Below, piece after piece: positions 18,071-28,401 of a stretch of 59,884 bases of DNA. Position 1 is the stretch's first letter; every line of letters starts with the position of its first letter. The notes below the pieces were generated by a model, which did no database searches, was not told the origin of the DNA, and saw nothing but the letters and a program-made list of their open reading frames with translations. Made by a program: the position numbers and the translations under genes. Location of the stretch: positions 1-59,884 of the forward strand of contig JAVJWO010000045.1 of the NCBI GenBank assembly GCA_040222015.1. Direction: 5' to 3'. The DNA comes from Coleofasciculus chthonoplastes F2-STO-03 (GTDB lineage: Bacteria > Cyanobacteriota > Cyanobacteriia > Cyanobacteriales > Coleofasciculaceae).

Positions 18071-20843
18071 CTGGTATATTCTTAATCTTGTCGATGTTCT
18101 CAAACAGCTTAATACCGATGCCACCATCGGGTTAAGTGAGAACGAGGCTCGTCAACGTCAGGACATCTACGGACTCAATGAGTTAACGGATCGCCCCCTG
18201 GAAAGTCCCTGGAAAATTCTCTGGGAGCAGTTTACCGCCACCGTGGTGGTGGTGTTGATTGTGGCGGCGGTGGTTTCGGCGGTATTGGGTGAATATAAGG
18301 ATGCGATCGCGATTTTCGCAATTGTGGTATTTAATGCTATCCTCGGTTTTCGCCAAGAATACCAAGCCGAACGTGCGATCGCAGCGCTGAAAAAGCTGGC
18401 GGTTCCTAGGGTGAAAGTGCGTCGCGATGGCATCCTAGAACAACTGTCCGCTCGTGAACTGGTACCAGGGGACATCGTTATCCTAGAATCTGGAAACTTA
18501 GTCCCGGCTGACTGTCGGCTGCTCGAAAGTAGCAACCTTCGCACCTCAGAAGCCTCACTCACCGGGGAATCTGAACCCATTGATAAATTCGCCCAACAGA
18601 TTGCTACTGCCAATCTGCCTTTGGCAGAGCGGCAGAATATGGCGTATATGGGTACAGTAATTAGTTATGGGCGGGCTTTAGCCGTCGTCACCGAAACAGG
18701 CATGAAGACGGAACTGGGTCAGATTGCCAAAGCGATTCAAGGGATAGAACGAGACGCCACCCCCCTCCAGCAACGGTTAGACCAACTGGGATGGGTATTA
18801 GCGATCGCGATTTTAATTTTAGTCCTGGTTATCTTTGGGTTGGGGCTACTCCAAGGGGAATCAGTTCGCTTAATGTTCCTCATGGCAGTTAGTTTAGCGG
18901 TAGCGGCGATTCCCGAAGGATTACCCGCTGTCGTCACCATCGCCTTAGCACTGGGCGCTCAACGGATGCTGAAACAGCGAGCCTTGATTCGTAAATTACC
19001 CGCCGTAGAAACCTTGGGTTCAGTAACCACGATTTGTTCAGACAAAACCGGTACCCTCACCCAAAATCGGATGACGGTTACTTGCCTGGACATGATTGGG
19101 CATCAAATTGAGTTAACCCTGCCAGAATCTGATGAGTTAATGATGCCCTCAGATAAGAATGAACAGTCTAAGCTGTTAAAAGTAGAACCCACAGTCGCCT
19201 TACTACTCACGGCAGCAACTCTGTGTAATGATGCGATCGCAGAGTTTCATCTGGAGCAATCCAACCCCATTCAGGTTCTCGGTGATCCCACAGAAACCGC
19301 TCTAATTGTCGCCGCCACCCGTTTTGGCTTATGGAAAACGGATATAGAACATGTCTTTGAACGAATAACCGAGGTTCCTTTCGACGCGGAACGCAAGCGG
19401 ATGACTACGGTTCACGAACTCCCCGCCACCACGGATAAACTTCCCGATGAGCTAAGTTGGCTTAAGCCTTGGGCATTACTTTTTGATCAGACACCCTATA
19501 TTGCCTTTACCAAAGGTGCCGTTGATAGTCTCTTAGAAATTTCCAGCCAGATTTGGCTCAATGATCAGATTACCCCCTTAAACGATAGTTGGTATGAAAA
19601 AATTTCTCATGCCAACAACCAACTTGCTGAAAATGGAATCCGTGTCATCGGTATCGCCGTTCGTCCTCTAGAATCTCACCTCCTCGCCACACTTCCCCTA
19701 GAACGAGACGAAGATATTCTCGAAAAAGACCTGATTTTTATCGGTATGATTGGCATGATCGATCCGCCGCGCCCGGAAGTCAAACAGGCGGTTCTAACCT
19801 GTCAAAAAGCCGGAATTCGCCCCATCATGATTACCGGCGATCACCCCTTAACCGCTCGCCATATTGCCTCAGAAGTGGGTATTTCTACCAATGGTTTAAT
19901 GTTAACAGGTCAAGATATCGCCAAACTGTCAGTCTCCGAGTTAACCGAAAAAGTTGATGATGTATCTGTTTATGCCAGAGTTTCACCCCAGAACAAATTA
20001 GAAATTGTCCAAGCGCTGCAAAATGGGGGACATATTGTAGCAATGACAGGGGATGGCGTCAACGATGCACCCGCTTTAAAAAAAGCCGAGATTGGTGTGG
20101 CAATGGGATTGACGGGTACAGATGTGGCGAAAGAAGCAGCAGATATGGTGCTATTAGATGATAACTTTGCCACGATTGTAGCGGCGACTCAAGAAGGACG
20201 AGTCATTTACGATAACGTCCGTAAGTTTATTAAATATACATTAACCGGGAATTGTGGTGAACTGTGGGTGATTATATTAGCACCATTTTTAGGGATGCCT
20301 TTACCATTGCTTCCTTTACAAATTCTATGGATTAATTTATTGGCTGATGGATTGTTAGCCTTGGCATTAGGCGTCGAACCTGCTGAGCCGAATATCATGT
20401 CTCGCCCACCTCATAATCCCCAAGAGAGTGTCTTTAGTCGGGGAGTGGGTCGAGATATTGTTTGGATTGGGTTACTTCTGGGACTTGTTTTATTGGTCGT
20501 CGATTATCACTATTGGTTTACGGGTCAAGCGGCTTGGCAGACGATGGTATTTAGTATATTGACGTTTTCTCGCATCGGTTTAGCTGAAAGCATGCGATCG
20601 GAGCGAGAATCCATATTTCGTTTAAATTTACTGTCCAACAAGCCCTTGTTAGGCGCGGTGATTTTAACCTTTTTATTACAACTGGCGGTGGTATATGTCC
20701 CCTTCTTACAGGATATTTTTAATACCACAGGGTTGTCACTGTATGATTTAGGCATCAGTCTCGCCATGAGTACGATTGTGATTTGGGCAATGGAATTGGA
20801 TAAAGGGCTACGTCGATATAAATCCCAGAAAAACAAGATATAA
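18063..20843 (+). CDS. Cation-transporting P-type ATPase (type IIA, Ca2+ ATPase/PacL-like)
   Basis: TGES, IPEGL, DKTGT, GDPTE, KGA, TGDGVND and ILWINL motifs. Confidence 0.95.
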   Translation: MTNWYILNLVDVLKQLNTDATIGLSENEARQRQDIYGLNELTDRPLESPWKILWEQFTATVVVVLIVAAVVSAVLGEYKDAIAIFAIVVFNAILGFRQEYQAERAIAALKKLAVPRVKVRRDGILEQLSARELVPGDIVILESGNLVPADCRLLESSNLRTSEASLTGESEPIDKFAQQIATANLPLAERQNMAYMGTVISYGRALAVVTETGMKTELGQIAKAIQGIERDATPLQQRLDQLGWVLAIAILILVLVIFGLGLLQGESVRLMFLMAVSLAVAAIPEGLPAVVTIALALGAQRMLKQRALIRKLPAVETLGSVTTICSDKTGTLTQNRMTVTCLDMIGHQIELTLPESDELMMPSDKNEQSKLLKVEPTVALLLTAATLCNDAIAEFHLEQSNPIQVLGDPTETALIVAATRFGLWKTDIEHVFERITEVPFDAERKRMTTVHELPATTDKLPDELSWLKPWALLFDQTPYIAFTKGAVDSLLEISSQIWLNDQITPLNDSWYEKISHANNQLAENGIRVIGIAVRPLESHLLATLPLERDEDILEKDLIFIGMIGMIDPPRPEVKQAVLTCQKAGIRPIMITGDHPLTARHIASEVGISTNGLMLTGQDIAKLSVSELTEKVDDVSVYARVSPQNKLEIVQALQNGGHIVAMTGDGVNDAPALKKAEIGVAMGLTGTDVAKEAADMVLLDDNFATIVAATQEGRVIYDNVRKFIKYTLTGNCGELWVIILAPFLGMPLPLLPLQILWINLLADGLLALALGVEPAEPNIMSRPPHNPQESVFSRGVGRDIVWIGLLLGLVLLVVDYHYWFTGQAAWQTMVFSILTFSRIGLAESMRSERESIFRLNLLSNKPLLGAVILTFLLQLAVVYVPFLQDIFNTTGLSLYDLGISLAMSTIVIWAMELDKGLRRYKSQKNKI

Positions 20844-20857
20844 TAAAGATTAATTTA

Positions 20858-21661
20858 ATGTTAAATTTTGCCATGGAATACATCAAACATTTGCTTATTC
20901 GTACACCTTTTGAAAAACCCGCTCAGAAGCTACAAGAAATTCTGAAATTCAGGCGGCGTAGCCAGCATCCTGAACTTGGTGAAATTCACATGGAACCATT
21001 GAGGATTGAGCAGGCAATGCAGCGCATCCTCTTTGATTCTGCCAACTGTTTAGATATCGGCTGTCATATCGGCTCAATGCTCAGTGATATTCTGAGGCTA
21101 GCACCTAAGGGAGATCACATAGCCTTTGAGCCAACACCCTATAAAGCACGTTGGCTTAAACAGAAATTCCCCGAAATTGAGATTAGAGAAATAGCCCTTA
21201 GTGATACGTCGGGTGAAACAAAATTTTATGTCAATACCAGTCGTTCAGGTTTTAGTGGACTTGGTAAGCCTAATCCTAATTCTAATCCTAAGAACAACGA
21301 AACATTGTTGGAAATCAATATTCAATGTGAACGGTTAGACAACATTCTTAGTCCTGAATACCGTGTGGATTTCATTAAAATTGATGTGGAAGGTTATGAA
21401 TTAGCAGTGCTACGTGGAGCGGTAGATACACTGAAACGTTATCGTCCTGCTCTATTATTCGAGTGTACCAGGGGAGGATTATCTCGTTCTGGCTTCACGT
21501 CCACCCAAATATTCGAGTTCTTAACCCAACACCAATCCTATTCAGTCTTTCTGTTAAAAGATTTTCTGAAAGACAACCAGCCCCTTGATTATGAGCGGTT
21601 CAATAATGCTTTACAGTATCCGTTTCAAGCCTTTAACTTCATTGCAATAGCAAAAAGTTAA
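20858..21661 (+). CDS. FkbM family methyltransferase
   Basis: LDIGCHIG, AFEP, IALSD, FIKIDVEGYEL.VL.G. Confidence 0.92.
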   Translation: MLNFAMEYIKHLLIRTPFEKPAQKLQEILKFRRRSQHPELGEIHMEPLRIEQAMQRILFDSANCLDIGCHIGSMLSDILRLAPKGDHIAFEPTPYKARWLKQKFPEIEIREIALSDTSGETKFYVNTSRSGFSGLGKPNPNSNPKNNETLLEINIQCERLDNILSPEYRVDFIKIDVEGYELAVLRGAVDTLKRYRPALLFECTRGGLSRSGFTSTQIFEFLTQHQSYSVFLLKDFLKDNQPLDYERFNNALQYPFQAFNFIAIAKS

Positions 21662-21872
21662 CTAATTTTCCTTTGCGAATCAATAGAATCGAAGTCTATA
21701 GTCCCTGGTTTAGCCATTCAGGTAAGTTTGCTACTGATAACTACTCAACAAAACCAGCTCTTATTCAAAGAAAACAATAAATGCTACGCTAACAGAAACT
21801 CTAGAGCATTCTGCCTGCTTGCACTAGACTGACCGAATTATCATAGATTGTAAAGTCTTGAGGCAATACGTC

Positions 21873-22736
21873 ATGCCAATCAAACCATTCAAATACCCAG
21901 TCGAGCAAAGTGAACCACCACGTTCTCCCAGAGAAACCCTGCCCACGATGTATGATTTACCTAGCGAAAATCCGGAGGAACCTGGTTTGCCTGACGAATT
22001 CCACTACCGCCAACCCCCTTTACTCAGTCTCACCTTTTGTCCTAGTAACTACCCACCCGATGAGGTATTTAGTGCTGGGGATATGAACCTCTACTACGAT
22101 GTGCGTCACTATTCTTGGTATAAACGACCCGATTGGTTTGGGGTGGTCGGAGTGCCAAAACTTTATGATAATCAGGATTTACGATTAAGTTATGTGATGT
22201 GGCAAGAATTGGTACGTCCAACGGTGATAGTGGAATTCTTGTCACCGGGAACAGAAAAAGAAGACTTGGGTAGAACCACACGCCTGAGTAGCGAACCGCC
22301 GACGAAATGGGAAGTATATGAGCAGATTATCGGCGTTCCTTATTATATTGTATTTGACCGCTATCGCGATCGCTTAAGAGGTTTTGCCCTTACAGGGGGT
22401 TTTTACCAAGAGTTGGAGTTAACGGAACCGAGGATTTGGATTCCCCCATTAGAATTAGGTTTAGGGTTGTGGTCAGGAGAATACGAAGGAATTAATCGTC
22501 TATGGCTACGTTGGTACGATGCTGAAGGTAATTGGATTTTAACCCCAACTGAACGGGAGGCTGTTGCTCAAGGAGAACTTGAAACTGAGCGACAACGTGC
22601 TGAAACTGAGCGACAACGTGCTGAATCTGAACGACAACGTGCTGAAACCGAACGACAACGCGCTGAAACCGAACAACAGCGATCGCAGCGTCTTAAAGAA
22701 TTGTTACTTTCCCACGGTATCGATCCAGATCAGTAG
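21873..22736 (+). CDS. Uma2 family (DUF820) putative endonuclease with a coiled-coil repeat tail
   Basis: LPTMYDLPSE.PEEPGLPDEFH, RPDWF, VEFLSPGT; (ETERQRA)n tail. Confidence 0.92.
   Translation: MPIKPFKYPVEQSEPPRSPRETLPTMYDLPSENPEEPGLPDEFHYRQPPLLSLTFCPSNYPPDEVFSAGDMNLYYDVRHYSWYKRPDWFGVVGVPKLYDNQDLRLSYVMWQELVRPTVIVEFLSPGTEKEDLGRTTRLSSEPPTKWEVYEQIIGVPYYIVFDRYRDRLRGFALTGGFYQELELTEPRIWIPPLELGLGLWSGEYEGINRLWLRWYDAEGNWILTPTEREAVAQGELETERQRAETERQRAESERQRAETERQRAETEQQRSQRLKELLLSHGIDPDQ
22581..22680 (+). repeat. 21-bp coding tandem repeat (about 4.7 copies)
   Basis: GAAACTGAGCGACAACGTGCT and variants. Confidence 0.9.
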
Positions 22737-22759
22737 TGATGAGGTACAGTCTCTAAGCA

Positions 22760-22793
22760 AGATCCCCGACTTCTCCTACGAAGTCGGGGATCT
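22760..22793. repeat. Palindromic repeat AGATCCCCGACTTC..GAAGTCGGGGATCT
   Basis: Perfect 14-bp arms; related copy at about 41430-41462. Confidence 0.8.
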
Positions 22794-22977
22794 GTCTGTG
22801 TACCTCACTTACTTGCAAAGCGCTGTAAATCCAACTCTATTCAATTCTTTACATAAGACGTAGCTTGCTTCTCGCTCCCTTGAGTATGACAAATGACAAA
22901 TAACTATCCCAGATAACAGATTTATGATGTTGGTAAAATGTCCTGGTTATAAAGGGGAATATGAAATTTGAAGCACA

Positions 22978-23081
22978 TATAGCAGTAGACACATCGATTA
23001 AAACAAAGGAACTGTGGTAGAGACGTTGCATGCAACGTCTCTACCAAATGATGCGTCCTAACCGCTATGGCGGTTGCTATA
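22978..23081. mobile_element. MITE with TATAGCA termini carrying a GTAGAGACG REP hairpin
   Basis: Left TATAGCAGTAGAC..., right ...GGCGGTTGCTATA; internal GTAGAGACGTTGCATGCAACGTCTCTAC; partial second copy at 26189-26268. Confidence 0.7.
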
Positions 23082-23101
23082 ACTCTCAAGACATTCACCC
23101 T

Positions 23102-23164
23102 GTAGGGGCGGGTTTAGCCGTTAAAAAGATGGGCTTACCGATAACGTTTCAACAAAACCCGCCC
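23102..23164 (+). repeat. REPIN, GTAGGGGCGGGTTT family
   Basis: GTAGGGGCGGGTTT...AAAACCCGCCC. Confidence 0.8.
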
Positions 23165-23174
23165 TTACCTAATC

Positions 23175-24563
23175 TTAAATTGAATGAGTTAACTGTGCTT
23201 GAGTTACCCAAGTCCCATGAAACCCATAAGGAACACGTTGAGGCATCAAAACCCGCGCCACAGGTTCAGCCGTCAAATCTTGGGCATTCAAAACCACCAG
23301 TTCAGAGGTGTCTGAATTATGATCATGGACAAACGTAACTAGCCAGCCATCATCTTCAGCCGTTCCATTTGGACGCGGCGCAAATACCGCCTCACCGCCA
23401 TAACGTTTTGCCCCATAGTTGTGAACTTGAGACGTGCCATTACTAAAATCATATTTAATCACGCCCTCAAACAACGGCATCGGATTATCTGCCATCTTTG
23501 CCGTGTAACCATAGCGCATTTTACGTCCGATTAACTGTTCATTAATGCGGGGGAAATCCGAGATGCGCTCATCTAATGGCTTTTCCTGCACTGTGCCTGT
23601 GCGAAGGTTAAACCGCCACTGATACAGCCGAGGCTTATCTGAGTCAGCTTCAGGCGTAGCCTCTTCAGAGGTTAACACGCTTGTTGAATTCATCCGACAG
23701 GCAATCAGCACCACCTCATCCCCTTCCTGATAGGCATTCAGGGTATGGAAAACAAAGCAGGACGGACTCTCAAACCAACGGATACTGCTATTATCACCAT
23801 GACGGGGAACAATACCAAACCGACTGGGACGTTCAGGTTTAAACTGAAGCATTGATTCTCCCTGGGGGTTAAACACCATCGGCAGATCCATGAACAGGGT
23901 GTAATCTTGGGTAATGGCAAAATCATGCATCATTACCGGTTCTGGCAAGTCAATTGGCACAGTACGCAATAGCTCACGCGATCGCGAAACAATGCTGTAG
24001 GTTAAGAACGGTGGCTGCATGGGAGAATAGCCAAAAAACATCATTTCGCCCGTGACGGGATCAATTTTGGGATGCGCCGTAAATGGAGATGCTAACTTGC
24101 CCTCGAACGTATAAGCACCAATGGTTTCTAACTCCGGAAGCTTAATCGCGTAGGGTTCTCCCCCTTCCCACAGCGCCAGAAAATGACCCGCGTGCCAAAT
24201 AACAGATGTATTGGCAACATTTTTAAACGAGGGTGGGGAATTCTCGTCCTTGGGAGGTTCCATTAACCCTGTCCAGATAGCATGACCCGCTTCTCGCTCT
24301 TTCTCAAACCCTGGAGTCCGGACATAGCGATCGCGGTAAGATGCTGTACCATTGCTAAGAAGCACCCCATGTAACATCCCATCGCCATCAAACCAGTGAT
24401 AGTGACCGATAGGGGGAAACTGAGGATTCGGACCATTGCGGACAAACATCCCGGATAAGTCGGCGGGAAGTTCACCAATGACGGTTAGTTCATCCGCTGT
24501 GATTTCGTCCTGTACTGGGGCAAAATTCCCCGCTAAAAAAGGATTGACGGTTGTTGTACTCAT
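23175..24563 (-). CDS. Carotenoid oxygenase family protein (RPE65/CCD/lignostilbene dioxygenase-like)
   Basis: GNFAPV, RNGPNP, FDGDGM; four Fe-ligand His (TAHPK, MMHDF, VFHT, GFHG). Confidence 0.95.
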   Translation of the reverse strand: MSTTTVNPFLAGNFAPVQDEITADELTVIGELPADLSGMFVRNGPNPQFPPIGHYHWFDGDGMLHGVLLSNGTASYRDRYVRTPGFEKEREAGHAIWTGLMEPPKDENSPPSFKNVANTSVIWHAGHFLALWEGGEPYAIKLPELETIGAYTFEGKLASPFTAHPKIDPVTGEMMFFGYSPMQPPFLTYSIVSRSRELLRTVPIDLPEPVMMHDFAITQDYTLFMDLPMVFNPQGESMLQFKPERPSRFGIVPRHGDNSSIRWFESPSCFVFHTLNAYQEGDEVVLIACRMNSTSVLTSEEATPEADSDKPRLYQWRFNLRTGTVQEKPLDERISDFPRINEQLIGRKMRYGYTAKMADNPMPLFEGVIKYDFSNGTSQVHNYGAKRYGGEAVFAPRPNGTAEDDGWLVTFVHDHNSDTSELVVLNAQDLTAEPVARVLMPQRVPYGFHGTWVTQAQLTHSI

Positions 24564-24676
24564 CCTGTTCACTTAAGTTTTTACCTACAATTGAGGAAAA
24601 AATTCCCCCTATCCTCCATTGTGTCTTGCCCATCGAAACTTAAGACGAATGGCACGCTCAAAGAAGCATTGTGAGA

Positions 24677-24745
24677 TCGCCAAAACCTTTGATCTACCGT
24701 AGGGTGGGCATTGCCCACCAGCATACCAGTCAGTAAAATTCGACT
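24677..24745 (+). repeat. REP-containing element, left inverted copy flanking the TPR gene
   Basis: TCGCCAAAACCTTTG..CCGTAGGGTGGG-CATTG-CCCACCA.CATACCAGTCAGT; inverted homologue at 26106-26185. Confidence 0.85.
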
Positions 24746-24928
24746 GAAGACGGCTGATGAAGCAAGCACAAGCAACAATAAAGATTGCCATGCTAAGTCT
24801 ATAGATAGAAGAGTCTTTCTTAATTGGGTTAAAGTTATGGGTTTTCTCTGTTACAATCCTCTTTGGTCAAAATTTCTGCTCTTAAAACTGGCACTGAACC
24901 CTAACCTATGCCTCTTGAGGATGTCCTG

Positions 24929-26101
24929 ATGTCTAGCTCTGGTTGGCGTAAACCAAAACCATTACACTCAATCGCGACGAGAAGATTAGCTGTGTTCAAG
25001 CCGACTCTATTTCTAGTGAGTAGTCTATTCGTCACCGGGCTGACGATAACCCTAAGCCCTGTGGCTCACGCCAGTCAACCACAGCTAGTTAGCCAGCTAC
25101 AGCCGGAACAACAGCGGCTGCGTGAGTTACTCCGCCAAGGGCGAGACTTAGTGGATGCGGGAAATTATGCTCAGGCGATCGCAACCTATCAACAAGCGGC
25201 TAATCTAGATCGAGATAATGCCAAGATTTTCTCCGGAATCGGTTATCTCCAGGCGCGTCAGGGAAACTTCCGAGAAGCGGCTAGAGCGTATCAACAGGCA
25301 ATTGCCCTGGAACCGAATAATGCGGAATTTCAGTATGCTCTCGGTTACAGTTTAGCCAATGCCGGAGACAATGCAGGAGCGGCTGGGGCATATCGTCAAG
25401 CACTGAGACTTGAAAGCAACCATATTAATTCATATTGGGGATTGGGGGTTGTCCTCCTGCGTCAAAAGGACTATGACGGCGCCATCCAAGTTTACCGCCA
25501 AGTCATCAGTCTTCAACCCAAGAATGCTCAGGCACACCAGTTGCTGGGTAGGGTTTTTCTCCAGCAGGGGCGTCCCCAAGAAGCAATTAAGGCACTCCAA
25601 CAAGCCGAAACCTTATCACCTCTGGATAGTAATATTCAGCTTACATTGGGCATGGCTTGGTTAAGTCAGGGCGATATCGACACCGCACTGAAGGCTTTTG
25701 ACCGAGCGGCAAAATTAGAACCCAATAATAGTCAAGTTTATCTGCAAATTGGCAAAATTCTCCGAGATCAAGAAGATTTTGTCGGTGCATTGAAAGCCTT
25801 TCAAAGAGCCGTGGCGGTTCAATCAGACTTAGTTGAAGCGCAAGCCGCTATTGGTGATATTTTACTCACCGAGGGAAATTACCTAGAAGCCATTGTTGCC
25901 TATCGGCGCTTGATTGAAATTGCGCCCCAAGATGCCCAAGCCTATTACAATCTAGGATTAGCGTTAAAAGGGCGGGAGCGCATAGCAGAAGCGATTACCA
26001 GTGTAGAAAAAGCGCGTGATCTCTTCCGCCGTCAGGACAATCGCGAGGGTGTCAAGCAGGCTGAATCGTTGCTGCGAGATTTAAAGAAAGCGCGACGTTA
26101 A
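24929..26101 (+). CDS. Secreted tetratricopeptide repeat protein
   Basis: Signal-peptide-like segment ending VAHA, then about 9 canonical TPRs. Confidence 0.9.
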   Translation: MSSSGWRKPKPLHSIATRRLAVFKPTLFLVSSLFVTGLTITLSPVAHASQPQLVSQLQPEQQRLRELLRQGRDLVDAGNYAQAIATYQQAANLDRDNAKIFSGIGYLQARQGNFREAARAYQQAIALEPNNAEFQYALGYSLANAGDNAGAAGAYRQALRLESNHINSYWGLGVVLLRQKDYDGAIQVYRQVISLQPKNAQAHQLLGRVFLQQGRPQEAIKALQQAETLSPLDSNIQLTLGMAWLSQGDIDTALKAFDRAAKLEPNNSQVYLQIGKILRDQEDFVGALKAFQRAVAVQSDLVEAQAAIGDILLTEGNYLEAIVAYRRLIEIAPQDAQAYYNLGLALKGRERIAEAITSVEKARDLFRRQDNREGVKQAESLLRDLKKARR

Positions 26102-26105
26102 ATTA

Positions 26106-26185
26106 AGTTGAATGTCACTGACTGGTATGGTGGTGGGTTTCGACTTCGCTCAACCCACCCTACGGCATACCAAAGGTTTTGGCGA
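26106..26185 (-). repeat. REP-containing element, right inverted copy flanking the TPR gene
   Basis: Reverse complement reads TCGCCAAAACCTTTG..CCGTAGGGTGGG-TTGAGCGAAGTCGAAA-CCCACCA.CATACCAGTCAGT. Confidence 0.85.
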
Positions 26186-26188
26186 GGG

Positions 26189-26268
26189 CAAAGAACTGTG
26201 CTAGAGACGCGATGCAAGAAGCGTCTCTACATAAATGATGTGTCCTAACCGTCTTGGCGGTTGCTATA
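26189..26268. mobile_element. Partial MITE (right part) of the TATAGCA family
   Basis: AACTGTG.TAGAGACG..CGTCTCTAC..AAATGATG.GTCCTAACCG...TGGCGGTTGCTATA matches 23009-23081. Confidence 0.7.
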
Positions 26269-26517
26269 ATTGGCATGAATTTACTTGTCTTGACTTTTAA
26301 ATTTATCGTTTTTTCAACATACATTAAAGTTAAATTCATATTTACTTAGAATTTACAAATCCATAAGCATTGCTGAATCTTCTGTAAAATCATTCAATCT
26401 CTATAGACAAGACAATCACAGATTCAGTAAAGTAGAAAACTATAAGGGGTTACTACTTATTAAGTTCTTAAGCCAGAGTCCCCTAAGTTTTCTAAACCTA
26501 TTCCCCCTCTATTAAAC

Positions 26518-26847
26518 ATGAAACAACTACCTTTACGTCTCCTAAGCTCCAGCTTACTCGCTACTAGCATTACCCTCATGTCCGGCTTTGTTTCAGCCAA
26601 CGCGGTACAAGCCTCAGCTATTTCCTTTGATAACACCACCACATCAACAAATACACTTACCCATGACGCTTCCGCTCAAGTAAATGAGGCAAATAGAAGA
26701 TTACCCATTAGCACTATGCCTCATATTCCTGAGCATAATCCTAATCATGATGATAGTCCGACGTCCCAACCCACTATGCTAATAAGTTTTGCCTTAATCG
26801 TTGGTTCTATCGCTGCCACAGCCGCACGTTATCGGCAGTCTTGCTAA
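26518..26847 (+). CDS. Small secreted protein with a PEP-CTERM-like C-terminal anchor
   Basis: Signal peptide ending VQA; C-terminal QP + hydrophobic helix + basic tail (SQPTMLISFALIVGSIAATAARYRQ). Confidence 0.55.
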   Translation: MKQLPLRLLSSSLLATSITLMSGFVSANAVQASAISFDNTTTSTNTLTHDASAQVNEANRRLPISTMPHIPEHNPNHDDSPTSQPTMLISFALIVGSIAATAARYRQSC

Positions 26848-26903
26848 ATATTGCCATGTTTATCCGCTAGCTGATAGGGGTTAGAAGTTAAATAATACTT
26901 CTT

Positions 26904-27000
26904 ACCCCAAAAAACGCGATGCAAGGGAGCGCACGCCTCTAAGCTGATCACACACCCCCTCTCAGTTGTACTCCATCCCTGTTGCTGTCTAGTCTTAAGA
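26904..27000 (+). repeat. HIP1-anchored cassette-boundary repeat, copy 1 (degenerate)
   Basis: CCCCAAAAAACGCGAT...GATCACACACCCCCTCTCAGTTGTACTCCATCCCTGTTGCTGTCTAGTCTTAAGA aligns with copies at 27777, 28215 and 30378. Confidence 0.75.
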
Positions 27001-27060
27001 GTAATTATGTACTATACGCATACTATACGATAATCAGGTAAGTCCTCAATTGACATTCCC

Positions 27061-27100
27061 GTCAACTCAGTTGACAGCGTATTGACGATGTAAATACATC
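27061..27100 (+). promoter_or_regulatory. Putative brnTA promoter/operator
   Basis: TTGACA at 27071; palindromes GTCAACT-C-AGTTGAC and GATGTA-AA-TACATC just upstream of the toxin ATG. Confidence 0.5.
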
Positions 27101-27118
27101 CTGCTTACACTTAGAGAC

Positions 27119-27415
27119 ATGGACGTATATTTCGTACTCAACGGCATTACCTTTGTTTGGAATGAACAGAAGGCGCGGCAAAATTCTTCTAAGCATGAAG
27201 GTGTTACCTTCCAACAGGCTACAGAAGCTTTCTTCGATCCCTTTTTAGTTGTCGTTGATGCGAGTCGCAATGATGAAGCGCGAGATGCTGTCATTGGTTT
27301 GGATAAACGCTGGAATCTCCTGTATGTGGTTCATATTGAGCGGGATGATGACATGATTCGGGTTATTTCGGCTCGTAAAGCAACAAAAAAGGAGCGTGAA
27401 TACTATGAAAACTGA
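27119..27415 (+). CDS. BrnT family toxin
   Basis: F.WNEQKA..N..KH.GVTF..A...F.DP; IRVISARKATKKER..Y. Confidence 0.92.
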   Translation: MDVYFVLNGITFVWNEQKARQNSSKHEGVTFQQATEAFFDPFLVVVDASRNDEARDAVIGLDKRWNLLYVVHIERDDDMIRVISARKATKKEREYYEN

Positions 27416-27689
27416 AGCTTTGAAAAAACGATTGGATAAAAACCGTCCAATGACCAGTATCACCATTCGCATTCCAGAAGATGTGGTTGAGGATCTCAAG
27501 CGCGTGGCTCCATTACTGGGTTTTTCGGGTTATCAACCCTTAATTCGCGCCTATATTGGTCAGGGGTTACGAGCTGATCTTGAGCGATTAGAAGGAGATA
27601 CGGTTTCTGCTTTAATTGCTAGTCTAAAGCGTCGCGGCGTGAGTGATGATGTGATTCATGAAGCACTCAGCGAAGTGGCTCAAAACTGA
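27405..27689 (+). CDS. BrnA/CopG-like antitoxin
   Basis: RHH-like ITIRIPEDVVEDLKR..GYQPLIR.YI; overlaps the brnT stop. Confidence 0.85.
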   Translation: MKTEALKKRLDKNRPMTSITIRIPEDVVEDLKRVAPLLGFSGYQPLIRAYIGQGLRADLERLEGDTVSALIASLKRRGVSDDVIHEALSEVAQN

Positions 27690-27703
27690 ATCTGATTAGA
27701 GAG

Positions 27704-27845
27704 GCGATCGCACGGACTCACCCCAAAACACGCGATCGCACGGACTCACCCCAAAACACGCGATCGCACGGACTCACCCCAAAACACGCGATCGCACACC
27801 TTCTATCAGTCTTACTCTATCTGTGTTTCTATCCAGTCCAAGTTA
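27704..27845 (+). repeat. 3x 28-bp HIP1 tandem repeat followed by boundary repeat copy 2
   Basis: GCGATCGCACGGACTCACCCCAAAACAC x3 (HIP1 at 27704, 27732, 27760, 27788), then ACACCTTCTATCAGTCTTACTCTATCTGTGTTTCTATCCAGTC. Confidence 0.9.
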
Positions 27846-28166
27846 AGTTCGTGCCTGCCACGACTTGGGATCTCGCCGACTATGAAAAATTGCCGTCACA
27901 ATTACCCGACTTGATACAATCCGATAGTACACGGCATAAGGAAAACGTCGCACTACTGCCCCTGAATCGATCCTTTTTTAAGACCAGAATGCCTGTGTTG
28001 AGTATCTATGATAGCGCGATCGCACTTTAAACTGAACTTTCCCCGGTGCCGATGTACTACACCTAGGTTAAAGCCTCATCCAGTAAGGGTTTGAGAGGTG
28101 ATAGGCAAAAAGCGTAATGGGTACAACCTTCGACTCTGATGGCATACCCTCTGAATCCTATAAGGC

Positions 28167-28401
28167 TTGATGTGCGATCTCACTCTACCCCAAAACACGC
28201 GATCGCATTCTCCACCCCAAAACACGCGATCGCACACCCTCTCTCAGCCTCACTCTATCCCGGTTGCTGGCTAGTTTTGAGACACCGGATGAACTGATAC
28301 CGCCTCAGTCAATATCATCGGGTAAGTCGTTGATTGAGAGTCCCCCCTGTTCCAATAAAGCTTGTAGCCGCTTTATTTGGGAAAAAGTGAACTTAATGCG
28401 C
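28167..28401 (+). repeat. Long direct repeat left of the Fic gene (includes boundary repeat copy 3)
   Basis: Homologous to 30354-30565; the 3' ~115 bp are nearly identical. Confidence 0.9.

Noticed and set aside
27704..27797. CRISPR array
   Set aside because: Units are contiguous and identical with no unique spacers, and no cas genes are in the window.
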